Assembly: GCA_045587145.1 (NCBI GenBank)
Contig: JAZNBO010000038.1
Location: 4,275 to 68,274 of the forward strand
Direction: 5' to 3'
From: Paludibacteraceae bacterium
GTDB taxonomy: Bacteria > Bacteroidota > Bacteroidia > Bacteroidales > Paludibacteraceae
Length of the DNA stretch: 64,000 nucleotides
Shown here: in pieces, positions 8,676-16,410 of the stretch
Layout of the letters: each line of letters begins with the position of its first letter
How positions within the stretch are numbered: position 1 is the first letter of the stretch
Program-made: the position numbers and the translations under genes
The notes under the pieces: model-generated
The model's input: only the letters and a program-made list of their open reading frames with translations
What the model was told of the DNA's origin: nothing
The model's database searches: none

Positions 8676-9868
8676 TCCAATAATTGAAGTTTCTTAAAAA
8701 CTAATTCACAACTATTCTTACCACTTGTCTCGCCCCAGAACTTATCCAATATCTTCTGGCGAGCAGTTGCGTCCATAGTGTAATCATTGGTAGAGATTAC
8801 TTGGATAAGTTCGTCGAAGGTATATACTTTTCTTCCGACAATATTATCTTGAATATCAAAGATAAACTCACGACTATTCACATACTCCTCGTAGTCATAA
8901 TGGAAAAGGATAATATGCTTTTTAGGCATAAGAACATAGTCATATAGGATTGACGAATAGTCGGTAATAAGCACATGGGTGTATGGTAAAATGCAATACA
9001 TATCCACATTACCATCAAGGAAAATAAGGTTGCTATATTCTACCGATTTGTCGATGATGGTATTGGCATGTGGTTTCATCAGTACGCACGCATTCTGCGC
9101 GGCTGCACATGCGTTCAAGGCATTGAGATCGAAGCCATTGGCAAAACACTCACGTTGTGAATCACGCCAAGTAGGCATATATACCAACACTGTATCGTAC
9201 TTTTGAATATGTGCTACCAACTGCTTGGTGCCCTGAGATTCGTATTTCTGGATGAACTGATTAACCTCTTCTAATGGTTTATTCAAGAGCATATTACGCG
9301 GACAACCCGTTTGAATACATTGCTCTTTGTTTATACGGAAAGACTGAGAGAATACTCCATCAAAGAAGTCAGTAGTAGATACCATGTAGTCTGGACGTCG
9401 GAATGGTGCAGGGTGATAGAAGGTATCGCGGATATCGCGCTCAACATAGCGTTTAGCCAAGTCACCTTTAGTGATACCAAACTCAATAGCTTTCATCGGT
9501 ACTCCGTGCCAAAGATTGACAATCTTAGCACTACCTGCAAGGCAGAATGCAATATCGGATGAATAGGAATTGACAAACCAGTATTTAGCTCGAAGCGCAT
9601 ACCATAGTCCTTTAATCGAAGCCACATAGTAAGCAGAATAGCCAAGGCTACGGATATGCTTCACGGTAGACTTTTTTGTGGAAACCCAAACGAGTTTGCG
9701 GTTTTTGATATGCTCGTTGGCGTATATAAACTGGTATTTGGAGTTGTCATTGAATCCTCCTCTATACGAACCAAAAACCAATATCTTACTCGTTCGGGGA
9801 ACGAGGTAAGATAATGGATAAACCATGTAACACAAGAGGTATGCTATGAACTTGGCAAACTGTTTCAT
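8672..9868 (-). CDS. CDP-glycerol/polyol-phosphate glycerophosphotransferase (TagB/TagF family)
   Basis: Hallmark motifs NLWHGVPMK, YMPTWRD and ITDYSSILYDY; the stop overlaps the GT2 stop by 4 nt (convergent genes). Confidence 0.8.
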   Translation of the reverse strand: MKQFAKFIAYLLCYMVYPLSYLVPRTSKILVFGSYRGGFNDNSKYQFIYANEHIKNRKLVWVSTKKSTVKHIRSLGYSAYYVASIKGLWYALRAKYWFVNSYSSDIAFCLAGSAKIVNLWHGVPMKAIEFGITKGDLAKRYVERDIRDTFYHPAPFRRPDYMVSTTDFFDGVFSQSFRINKEQCIQTGCPRNMLLNKPLEEVNQFIQKYESQGTKQLVAHIQKYDTVLVYMPTWRDSQRECFANGFDLNALNACAAAQNACVLMKPHANTIIDKSVEYSNLIFLDGNVDMYCILPYTHVLITDYSSILYDYVLMPKKHIILFHYDYEEYVNSREFIFDIQDNIVGRKVYTFDELIQVISTNDYTMDATARQKILDKFWGETSGKNSCELVFKKLQLLD

Positions 9869-11319
9869 TATTCTCCGCGCAGTTTGTGTAATGTCTCGTT
9901 GATAAGTGTACTGGATGTACCTTTGGTGTAAGGGAAATAGACAACTTGTGCACCTACAGCATTGAGGTCGGCCTCAATCTTGTTCCATTTGTCAGTACCC
10001 TTCCAATCATCGCCTACGAACATGACATCAAAATGGTATTTCTCCCAAGCTTCCATCTTGTTCATATTCTCTTGGGTTACTACTTCGTCCACATATTTGA
10101 TGGCAGCTACAATCTCTTTGCGCTCTACAAAAGGAATAACAGCTTGCTTGTGTTTGTAACTTACTAACTCGTCGGTTGATACACCTACGATAAGATAGTC
10201 ACATTGCGCTTTGGCTTTGCGGAGCAGGTTTAAATGCCCAATATGGAATAGGTCATACACACCTGTGGTATAACCTACCTTGATAGGCTCGAACATGTTG
10301 AGGAACTGTTCGAGGCAGTATAGTTGCCATTTCTGATTGCCAGTGAGTTGGTTCATGTCAATATCACGGCGGAACTCTGGGCGCTTAGGGCCACACCAAT
10401 CTTTGAAGTATGCATCTACAGGGCGAGGCATAGGCACCTTGTTTGGTACAGGAATCTCTGGATACTTAATCTGCATCAATTCACGCACGAGGTACTTGGA
10501 TTCGCCATTGCGCACACGATTCAAATCCAACTCATCTGCCATACGGAGCAAAGCGTATGGGTCGGTATATGGCATGCCAGCTGTCTTGAAAGCATTGTAG
10601 TAGGAACTCGATGACTCACGGCTGAATACATCGTCCATGAATTGAAGGAAGTTGATCTTCTCCCCTTGGCGATAACGTTCATAGAGATAGGACATGTCTT
10701 CTGGCTGCTTGAGTACTAATGCAGGATCAAGGAAGGTATAGCGTTTAGCAAAGTCCTCTACTGTCCAATCTTTGGATAATAATTGGTCCATACCGCCAAA
10801 GATAAGGTCACTACTTTCGCCAACGATTAATCGCGTTACACCATCCGCTTTCGCTTGAAGTGCTGCTTGATATAGTTGTGGTTCAATAGAGTGAACGGGA
10901 GCATGCTTGGAGCGCATAACAGGCCCAAGACAGTTTTGCACCGTGTTCCAATCGATATCCACATAATGCAGATTCAGACCATAATATTTGGCATAATATT
11001 CTGCACGGGCCAATTCCTCTTTTTGGTATTCGCCACCCAAGAAACGGAAGGTATAGGCATCACAACCAGGCATATAAGATGCCAAAATAGCAGAGTCCAT
11101 ACCGCCAGAAAGGCAGATACCTAATTTCTCACCTTTGAGGGAATCGAAAACCTTTTGGATAGCCTCATCTATTTCGGCAGCCGTGCGAACGTACGTAAAA
11201 TTCTTGCCATCAGGCAATGGTATATTCTCGTGATGAAGTCCTGGATAAAAATCCATGCCTTCACGCTCAATATAGCGGAAAGCAAGATAGGAACTCATAC
11301 AGAAGTTTTTGTTGTTCAT
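9868..11319 (-). CDS. Fusion: asparagine-synthetase-like PP-loop adenylating domain (no glutaminase domain) plus TagD-like cytidylyltransferase
   Basis: SGGMDS PP-loop at ~aa 70; C-terminal ~130 aa with GVYDLFHIGH (HxGH) nucleotidyltransferase motif. Confidence 0.75.
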   Translation of the reverse strand: MNNKNFCMSSYLAFRYIEREGMDFYPGLHHENIPLPDGKNFTYVRTAAEIDEAIQKVFDSLKGEKLGICLSGGMDSAILASYMPGCDAYTFRFLGGEYQKEELARAEYYAKYYGLNLHYVDIDWNTVQNCLGPVMRSKHAPVHSIEPQLYQAALQAKADGVTRLIVGESSDLIFGGMDQLLSKDWTVEDFAKRYTFLDPALVLKQPEDMSYLYERYRQGEKINFLQFMDDVFSRESSSSYYNAFKTAGMPYTDPYALLRMADELDLNRVRNGESKYLVRELMQIKYPEIPVPNKVPMPRPVDAYFKDWCGPKRPEFRRDIDMNQLTGNQKWQLYCLEQFLNMFEPIKVGYTTGVYDLFHIGHLNLLRKAKAQCDYLIVGVSTDELVSYKHKQAVIPFVERKEIVAAIKYVDEVVTQENMNKMEAWEKYHFDVMFVGDDWKGTDKWNKIEADLNAVGAQVVYFPYTKGTSSTLINETLHKLRGE

Positions 11320-12042
11320 TTATATATCTTCTTTGAATGTTATTTTCTTGTTTTGTTCTTCGCCGAGGACGATGTGGATAGGTATCTCTGGCAGATGGTT
11401 GAATATCACGCCACAGTCGTCGGTGGCGGGTAGATGAGCCTCTGCGCATGCTTCTGCACTTAGACTATCTACACCCAACGCTTTGGTATATGCTTCGGCG
11501 ATTATCTCTATACGGAAGGCCTGGGGCGTTTGAGCACGCATAATAGTAGAGCGTTGTGGGATACGGGCAACCTTGCCGTCTGCCATCTCATAGACCGTGT
11601 CAGTGCTTGGGATAGCTACCGTCACTGCCTCATGCTCCTTAAGCGCCTCGCATACACGAGCAATAATGTCTTGACTGACAAAGGGACGCGCAGCGTCGTG
11701 CAATAAAATGCCTACCCCCATCCCCTCCCTAAAGGGAAGGGAGTTGTCTTGGTTCATAATGGCACGAATAGCATTCACACTCGATTCCCAACGCTCTTTG
11801 CCGCCGGGGATAATGTGGCGGACTTTCTGCCATGCATTAGCCAAAAGCATTTGCTCGGCATAGGCAATATAATCGGGATGCATGACAATACAAACCTCAT
11901 CAATATGAGGTGATTGCTCAAAGGCACTCACAGCATGCTCCAGAACAGAACGACCATCAGCGAGGGGAAGCAGTTGTTTGGGGGTATTGCCCCCAACACG
12001 TGCTCCTATGCCTCCTGCTAATATGACGGCGATGTTATACAT
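11320..12042 (-). CDS. IspD/TarI-family cytidylyltransferase
   Basis: ILAGGIGARVGGNTPKQLLPL, HDAARPF and QTPQAF motifs; AGGIG form resembles TarI. Confidence 0.8.
   Translation of the reverse strand: MYNIAVILAGGIGARVGGNTPKQLLPLADGRSVLEHAVSAFEQSPHIDEVCIVMHPDYIAYAEQMLLANAWQKVRHIIPGGKERWESSVNAIRAIMNQDNSLPFREGMGVGILLHDAARPFVSQDIIARVCEALKEHEAVTVAIPSTDTVYEMADGKVARIPQRSTIMRAQTPQAFRIEIIAEAYTKALGVDSLSAEACAEAHLPATDDCGVIFNHLPEIPIHIVLGEEQNKKITFKEDI
11711..11746. repeat. C/G-rich palindromic insert in frame in the ispD-like gene (encodes SLPFREGMGVG)
   Basis: CCTACCCCCATCCCCTCCCTAAAGGGAAGGGAGTTG; placed just before the conserved HDAARP motif. Confidence 0.6.
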
Positions 12043-12091
12043 GTAGTGTGGTATAAGGTTGTGTAGTGTTGTTTAGAGTGGGGTAGAGTCG
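12043..12091. repeat. 10-bp-phased TAG-word array between the ispD-like start and the kdsC-like 3' end
   Basis: GTAGTGTGGTATAAGGTTGTGTAGTGTTGTTTAGAGTGGGGTAGAGTCG; supplies the kdsC-like C-terminus NDSTPL and its stop. Confidence 0.8.
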
Positions 12092-12585
12092 TTTTTTGCG
12101 GCGAGTATCATTTCGCAGAGTTCGCGGATAGCGCCGTCGCCGCCGTTTTTGGTGAGGTGGATAATGCCAGGGACGGCTTTGACTACGGCTACGGCGTTGG
12201 CTGGGCATGCGGCTACGCCTGCGTGCTGCAAGAGATCGAGGTCGTTGACATCATCGCCCACAAAGCATACATTCTCCAACGAAATGCCCAATTCGTTGCA
12301 AATCTCGTTCGCAGCATCGAGTTTGGTCATCTTCACGCCGTCCACTACGCGACCGACACCTGTGTATATATATTCCAAACCGAGTTTCTGACCGCGTTTC
12401 AAGCCAATGGCAGTGTTCTCGCTGGTGAGGATACCGCAAGGGATACCCGCTTTGCGCAAGAGTACAATACCCATGCCGTCATATACGCAGAAACGTTTGA
12501 ACTCGTCACCGCTCTCGGTGTAGTACATACCGCCGTCGGTCATGCAACCGTCCACGTCGGTGAGAAATAGTTTCACTTCGTTCAT
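12073..12585 (-). CDS. KdsC-family HAD phosphatase (sugar-acid phosphate phosphatase type)
   Basis: DVDGCMTDG nucleophile motif; GDDVNDLDLL motif IV; ~170 aa capless HAD. Confidence 0.75.
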   Translation of the reverse strand: MNEVKLFLTDVDGCMTDGGMYYTESGDEFKRFCVYDGMGIVLLRKAGIPCGILTSENTAIGLKRGQKLGLEYIYTGVGRVVDGVKMTKLDAANEICNELGISLENVCFVGDDVNDLDLLQHAGVAACPANAVAVVKAVPGIIHLTKNGGDGAIRELCEMILAAKNDSTPL

Positions 12586-12587
12586 TA

Positions 12588-12637
12588 TGTTTAGAGTTGT
12601 TTAGAATCGTTTAGAGTTGTTTAGAATTGTGTAAAAA
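12588..12637. repeat. Perfectly 10-bp-phased GTTTAGA(G/A)T array x4-5
   Basis: TGTTTAGAGT TGTTTAGAAT CGTTTAGAGT TGTTTAGAAT TGTGTAAAAA; encodes the GT4 C-terminus YTILNNSKRF and its stop. Confidence 0.9.
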
Positions 12638-13743
12638 GTATTTGCCATGCCAGACCAGGAGTAGCGGTCTTTCTGCTGAATCAGGTACTGGGTGTAGTCG
12701 GCTTGTCGATTGTTAGTGTAGTAGTCGGTGATGGCCTCGGCGATAGCATCTGCATTAGGTTTGACTGCATATCCCATCTTATGGTCGTGAACTATCTCGC
12801 CTAAGCCTCCTACATTGGTCACTAGCATTGGTTTCTCGAAATGGAACGCCACTTGTGTTACGCCACTCTGTGTGGCCGATTTATAAGGTTGCACAATCAA
12901 ATCAGCAGCACCAAAATACTTGCACAAGTCGGCATCTGCGATAAAGTCGTTTTTGATAATCACTCTATCAGCTAAATTGTTGTTAGCTATTTGTGCGCGG
13001 TATTTCTCCTCGTCCTCGTAGAACTCGCCTGCCACTATCAGTCGCAAGTCTGGTAGTAGGTCTTTTACTTTGCCAAAAGCATCAAGCAGAAGATCAAGCC
13101 CTTTGTATGCTCTAACCAAACCAAAGAAAAGCATATACTGCTTCTTAGGGTCAAGGTTGAGCGCTTGGCATGCCTCGTTTTTCTCCATCTGTGCACCATA
13201 GTGGTCATAGATAGGGTGGGGATATGATGTTTTTGGTTTGACGTGTTTGTCAAGCGAATCAATATCTCTCACCACACTCTCGGACAATGCCACAAAACCG
13301 TCGGTATTGCGCACATAGAATGGGGCAAGCAGTTTGTCGAGAATGTTTGGTTCGTGCGGTATCATATTGTGTACCAAAGCGATACAACGTGTTTTGCCAT
13401 TGCGTTTAGCGATGCGCTGGATGATGCCGTAGCATGGTGCGAAGAACGCCATCCAGTAGCAAGAGATGAGCAGGTCGGGCTGCATGCGGCGAATCTTATT
13501 GCCAACTTTCCACCAATTGAGAGGGTTGCAGGAATGGACTTGCTGCGTGATATGTAGGTCGGCAGGCTGTTGTTCGTTGGAGTATTGCGTTTTGCCAGGA
13601 AAGAGGAAGGACGGATATTGCAGGGTGAAAGTAATGACTTCCACCTCGTGTCCTTCTGCTTGCAGTTGGCGAGCAAGGCGTTCGTTGAACGCTGCTAATC
13701 CTCCGCGGAAAGGGTATGCTGTGCCGAGTAGGACGATATGCAT
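12601..13743 (-). CDS. Family-4 (GT-B) glycosyltransferase
   Basis: 380 aa; N-terminus HIVLLGTAYPFRGGLAAFNERLA; C-terminal EX7E-like region (GEIVHDHKMGY). Confidence 0.8.
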   Translation of the reverse strand: MHIVLLGTAYPFRGGLAAFNERLARQLQAEGHEVEVITFTLQYPSFLFPGKTQYSNEQQPADLHITQQVHSCNPLNWWKVGNKIRRMQPDLLISCYWMAFFAPCYGIIQRIAKRNGKTRCIALVHNMIPHEPNILDKLLAPFYVRNTDGFVALSESVVRDIDSLDKHVKPKTSYPHPIYDHYGAQMEKNEACQALNLDPKKQYMLFFGLVRAYKGLDLLLDAFGKVKDLLPDLRLIVAGEFYEDEEKYRAQIANNNLADRVIIKNDFIADADLCKYFGAADLIVQPYKSATQSGVTQVAFHFEKPMLVTNVGGLGEIVHDHKMGYAVKPNADAIAEAITDYYTNNRQADYTQYLIQQKDRYSWSGMANTFYTILNNSKRF

Positions 13744-13882
13744 AGTGTATGTTAATTAAAGACAACTTAGACAACTTCTGCGCGGCGCCAACATTGCGCC
13801 TTGCCAAGGATATAATTTTTTTATAATTCGTGCCGCTGAGCAGTGTTGGCGAAGCGGAATTGTTGTTTGTGTTGTCTTCTTA

Positions 13883-14911
13883 TTATTTATTAAAAGCGTT
13901 CCAACCTTGGGCTTTGAGGGCGATTTCTTCACCATTTCTACCGATAAGGTTGATACCATGCTCGGGTTTGGTGATATGCCCAACGAGATATACGTCCTCC
14001 AATGGAATAAGTTTCTCGTAGTCGTCCAATGAACAGGTGAACAGTAGTTCGTAGTCTTCACCACCATTGAGGGCGCAAGTCACGATATTGAGGTTCATCT
14101 CCTCAGCGAGGGCTGCGGCTTGATAATCAATAGGCAGTTTATCTTCGTATACGGAACAACCAACATTAGACTGTGTACAGATGTGCATGAGTTCGCTACT
14201 GAGTCCGTCGGAGATATCCATCATAGCAGTTGGCTTGATACCTGCCTCGTGCAACTGTTTAATGATGTCGCGACGCGCTTCTGGTTTGAGTTGGCGTTCG
14301 AGCAGATACTCGCGACCTTCAAAAGCAGGGGTAGCGTTCTCATTGGCGTTCATGACGATGCGCTCGCGTTCGAGAAGTTGCAGACCCATATACGCTGAGC
14401 CAAGATTGCCAGTGACACAGATAAGATCATTCACTTTTGCGCCATTGCGATAGACGATGTCGGATTCGTATGCTGTACCGAGGCCGGTAATGGAGATTGT
14501 CAAACCTGTCATAGAAGCAGAAGTGTCGCCACCTACGAGATCCACACCGTAGCGTTCGCAAGCAAGACGGATACCGCTATACAGTTCTTCGAGATCTTCT
14601 ACGGAGAATCGTTTGCTAATGCCAAGAGACACGGTTATTTGTGTAGGGGTGGCGTTCATAGCGTAAATATCGGAGAAGTTGACCACGGCTGCTTTGTAAC
14701 CGAGATGTTTGAGGGGCACATATTCGAGGTTGAAGTGTATACCTTCGAGTAGAAGGTCGGTAGTGACGAGTGTACGTTTGCTGTTAAAATTGAGGACAGC
14801 GGCATCGTCTCCGATGCCCTTTTGGGTGGATTCCTGTACGTGTTGAATGTCTTTGGTCAGGTGCTTGATTAGTCCAAACTCGCCTAATGTGGAAATATCT
14901 GTTTTAGCCAT
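13883..14911 (-). CDS. thiL: Thiamine-monophosphate kinase
   Basis: GEFGLI...GIGDDAAV and GGDT motifs; PurM-like fold; 342 aa. Confidence 0.85.
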   Translation of the reverse strand: MAKTDISTLGEFGLIKHLTKDIQHVQESTQKGIGDDAAVLNFNSKRTLVTTDLLLEGIHFNLEYVPLKHLGYKAAVVNFSDIYAMNATPTQITVSLGISKRFSVEDLEELYSGIRLACERYGVDLVGGDTSASMTGLTISITGLGTAYESDIVYRNGAKVNDLICVTGNLGSAYMGLQLLERERIVMNANENATPAFEGREYLLERQLKPEARRDIIKQLHEAGIKPTAMMDISDGLSSELMHICTQSNVGCSVYEDKLPIDYQAAALAEEMNLNIVTCALNGGEDYELLFTCSLDDYEKLIPLEDVYLVGHITKPEHGINLIGRNGEEIALKAQGWNAFNK

Positions 14912-14949
14912 AATTATAATCGTTAAACCCTACTAGGGCAATTAAACGT

Positions 14950-14984
14950 GCAAAGGTACGTTTTTTTTGGCATATATGCAAGAA
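14950..14984 (-). promoter_or_regulatory. Bacteroidota promoter for thiL
   Basis: Minus-sense CTTGCATATATG, spacer, then TACCTTTG (plus-strand CAAAGGTA at 14951-14958). Confidence 0.65.
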
Positions 14985-15126
14985 AAATCGGAGATTTTTA
15001 AGAAATGAGGCTCAACTATTCGATTTTAGCTGTGCAATGACAGATCCGCGCAGTGTAGCGTAATGCATTGTTTTTTAATGAAAAATAGTCTTTCTATACG
15101 TATAAAATCGCCTTTTGAGGCAATTT

Positions 15127-15160
15127 TCTTGCATATCTCACAAAAAATCACTACCTTTGC
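15127..15160 (+). promoter_or_regulatory. Bacteroidota promoter for the 101-aa lipoprotein gene
   Basis: CTTGCATATC, 20 nt, then TACCTTTG at 15152-15159. Confidence 0.65.
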
Positions 15161-15229
15161 CGCCGATTTGCTAAAGTGAGCAACTATATAAAATAAACAA
15201 TACAATACCAATCTATTAAAATTTAACAA

Positions 15230-15535
15230 ATGAAAAAGATTTCATTTGCAATCTTTGCAGTGGCTGCTCTTGCATTGACAAGTTGCGAGAAAAAAGGTGC
15301 TGACATCATGAGTCTTGATGCTACCAAATTAGACAACACCGAGTACACATGCTGGAAGTTTACAGTAGAAAACGCAGGTGTGTTGAATGGTACGATGTAT
15401 TCTTGGGACACCGAAGCGAATCTTGTCCTCGTGCTGCAAGAACTGTATAAAACAAGTGGTAATAAGGCCGTCATTACTTATGATCGCACTCCTGCTGATG
15501 ATAAAGAGGGTTGCGAAGCTAAGAACGATTTTTAA
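15230..15535 (+). CDS. Small lipoprotein of unknown function
   Basis: Lipobox-type signal peptide MKKISFAIFAVAALALTSC; own promoter and terminator. Confidence 0.6.
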   Translation: MKKISFAIFAVAALALTSCEKKGADIMSLDATKLDNTEYTCWKFTVENAGVLNGTMYSWDTEANLVLVLQELYKTSGNKAVITYDRTPADDKEGCEAKNDF

Positions 15536-15570
15536 AGATACTGAAAAATACGTTCACTCAATGATCAAAC

Positions 15571-15600
15571 AGAAAAATCGCCTCAATTGGCGATTTTTCT
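15571..15600. terminator. Intrinsic terminator after the lipoprotein gene
   Basis: AGAAAAATCGCC-TCAATT-GGCGATTTTTCT. Confidence 0.8.
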
Positions 15601-15631
15601 TGCGTATATAAGAATTTTTTAGTACCTTTGC
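15598..15631 (+). promoter_or_regulatory. Bacteroidota promoter for ruvA
   Basis: CTTGCGTATAT, 20 nt, then TACCTTTG at 15623-15630. Confidence 0.7.
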
Positions 15632-15713
15632 ACGCTTTTTCCATGCGTGCGCGGTCGCGTATGTGTGTAAGGAAATGAAAAACGATATCGCAAGAATGGC
15701 TTAAAACTCTATT

Positions 15714-16352
15714 ATGATTGAATATATAAAAGGAAATTTAGCGGATTTGACACCTACATACGCAGTGATTGAGGCTGCCGGAGTGGGGTACGCTATCAAC
15801 ATCGCTTTGCCAAGTTACTCGGCACTCGTAGGCAAAGAAAATACCGAAACAAAACTATTCGTGACAGAAATTATTCGTGAAGATACACATGACCTGTTCG
15901 GCTTTTTCACACGCGGTGAGCGTGAACTCTTTCTCATGCTGATGACCGTCAGCGGTATCGGTGCAAACACTGCACGTATGATCATGTCAGCTTACACCGC
16001 AGCAGAGATACGACAAATAATAGCCACAGGCAATGCACGCGCCCTCTCACAAGTGAAAGGACTTGGACCAAAAACCGCACAGCGCATTATCGTAGATTTG
16101 AAAGATAAAGTGTTGAAGGTTGATTTGGGCACAGACGCCCAAAACGGTTCAGGCTCGTTCGGCGCAGCAGATTCTGCTGCTGTGCAAAGTGGTGTAGAGT
16201 TGTGTGGCGAAGTGAAACAAGAGGCCGTCAGCGCACTGACGATGCTGGGCTTTGCTGCTGCGGCAAGCGGAAAGGTGGTGGACAAAATCCTCGGCGCAGA
16301 ACCTGATGCAAGCGTAGAAAAAGTGATCAAGCAAGCGTTGAAGATGTTATGA
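15714..16352 (+). CDS. ruvA: Holliday junction branch migration complex subunit RuvA
   Basis: MIEYIKG...GVGY N-terminus; HhH motifs (VSGIGANTA, VKGLGPKTAQRI). Confidence 0.9.
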   Translation: MIEYIKGNLADLTPTYAVIEAAGVGYAINIALPSYSALVGKENTETKLFVTEIIREDTHDLFGFFTRGERELFLMLMTVSGIGANTARMIMSAYTAAEIRQIIATGNARALSQVKGLGPKTAQRIIVDLKDKVLKVDLGTDAQNGSGSFGAADSAAVQSGVELCGEVKQEAVSALTMLGFAAAASGKVVDKILGAEPDASVEKVIKQALKML

Positions 16353-16395
16353 TTGGTGTAGGGTTGTTTAGAATTGTTTAGAGTAGTTTAAAGAG
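16353..16395. repeat. 10-bp-phased GTGTAG/GTTTAG array after the ruvA stop
   Basis: TTGGTGTAGGGTTGTTTAGAATTGTTTAGAGTAGTTTAAAGAG. Confidence 0.8.
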
Positions 16396-16410
16396 AAAAG
16401 GAAAGGTATA

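Noticed and set aside
14912-15025. A TPP riboswitch upstream of thiL, or a T-box upstream of glyQS (44697-44790).
   Set aside because: The thiL leader is only ~40 nt and has no CUGAGA/ACCUGA-type thi-box elements. The glyQS leader is ~90 nt and has no T-box or specifier architecture.
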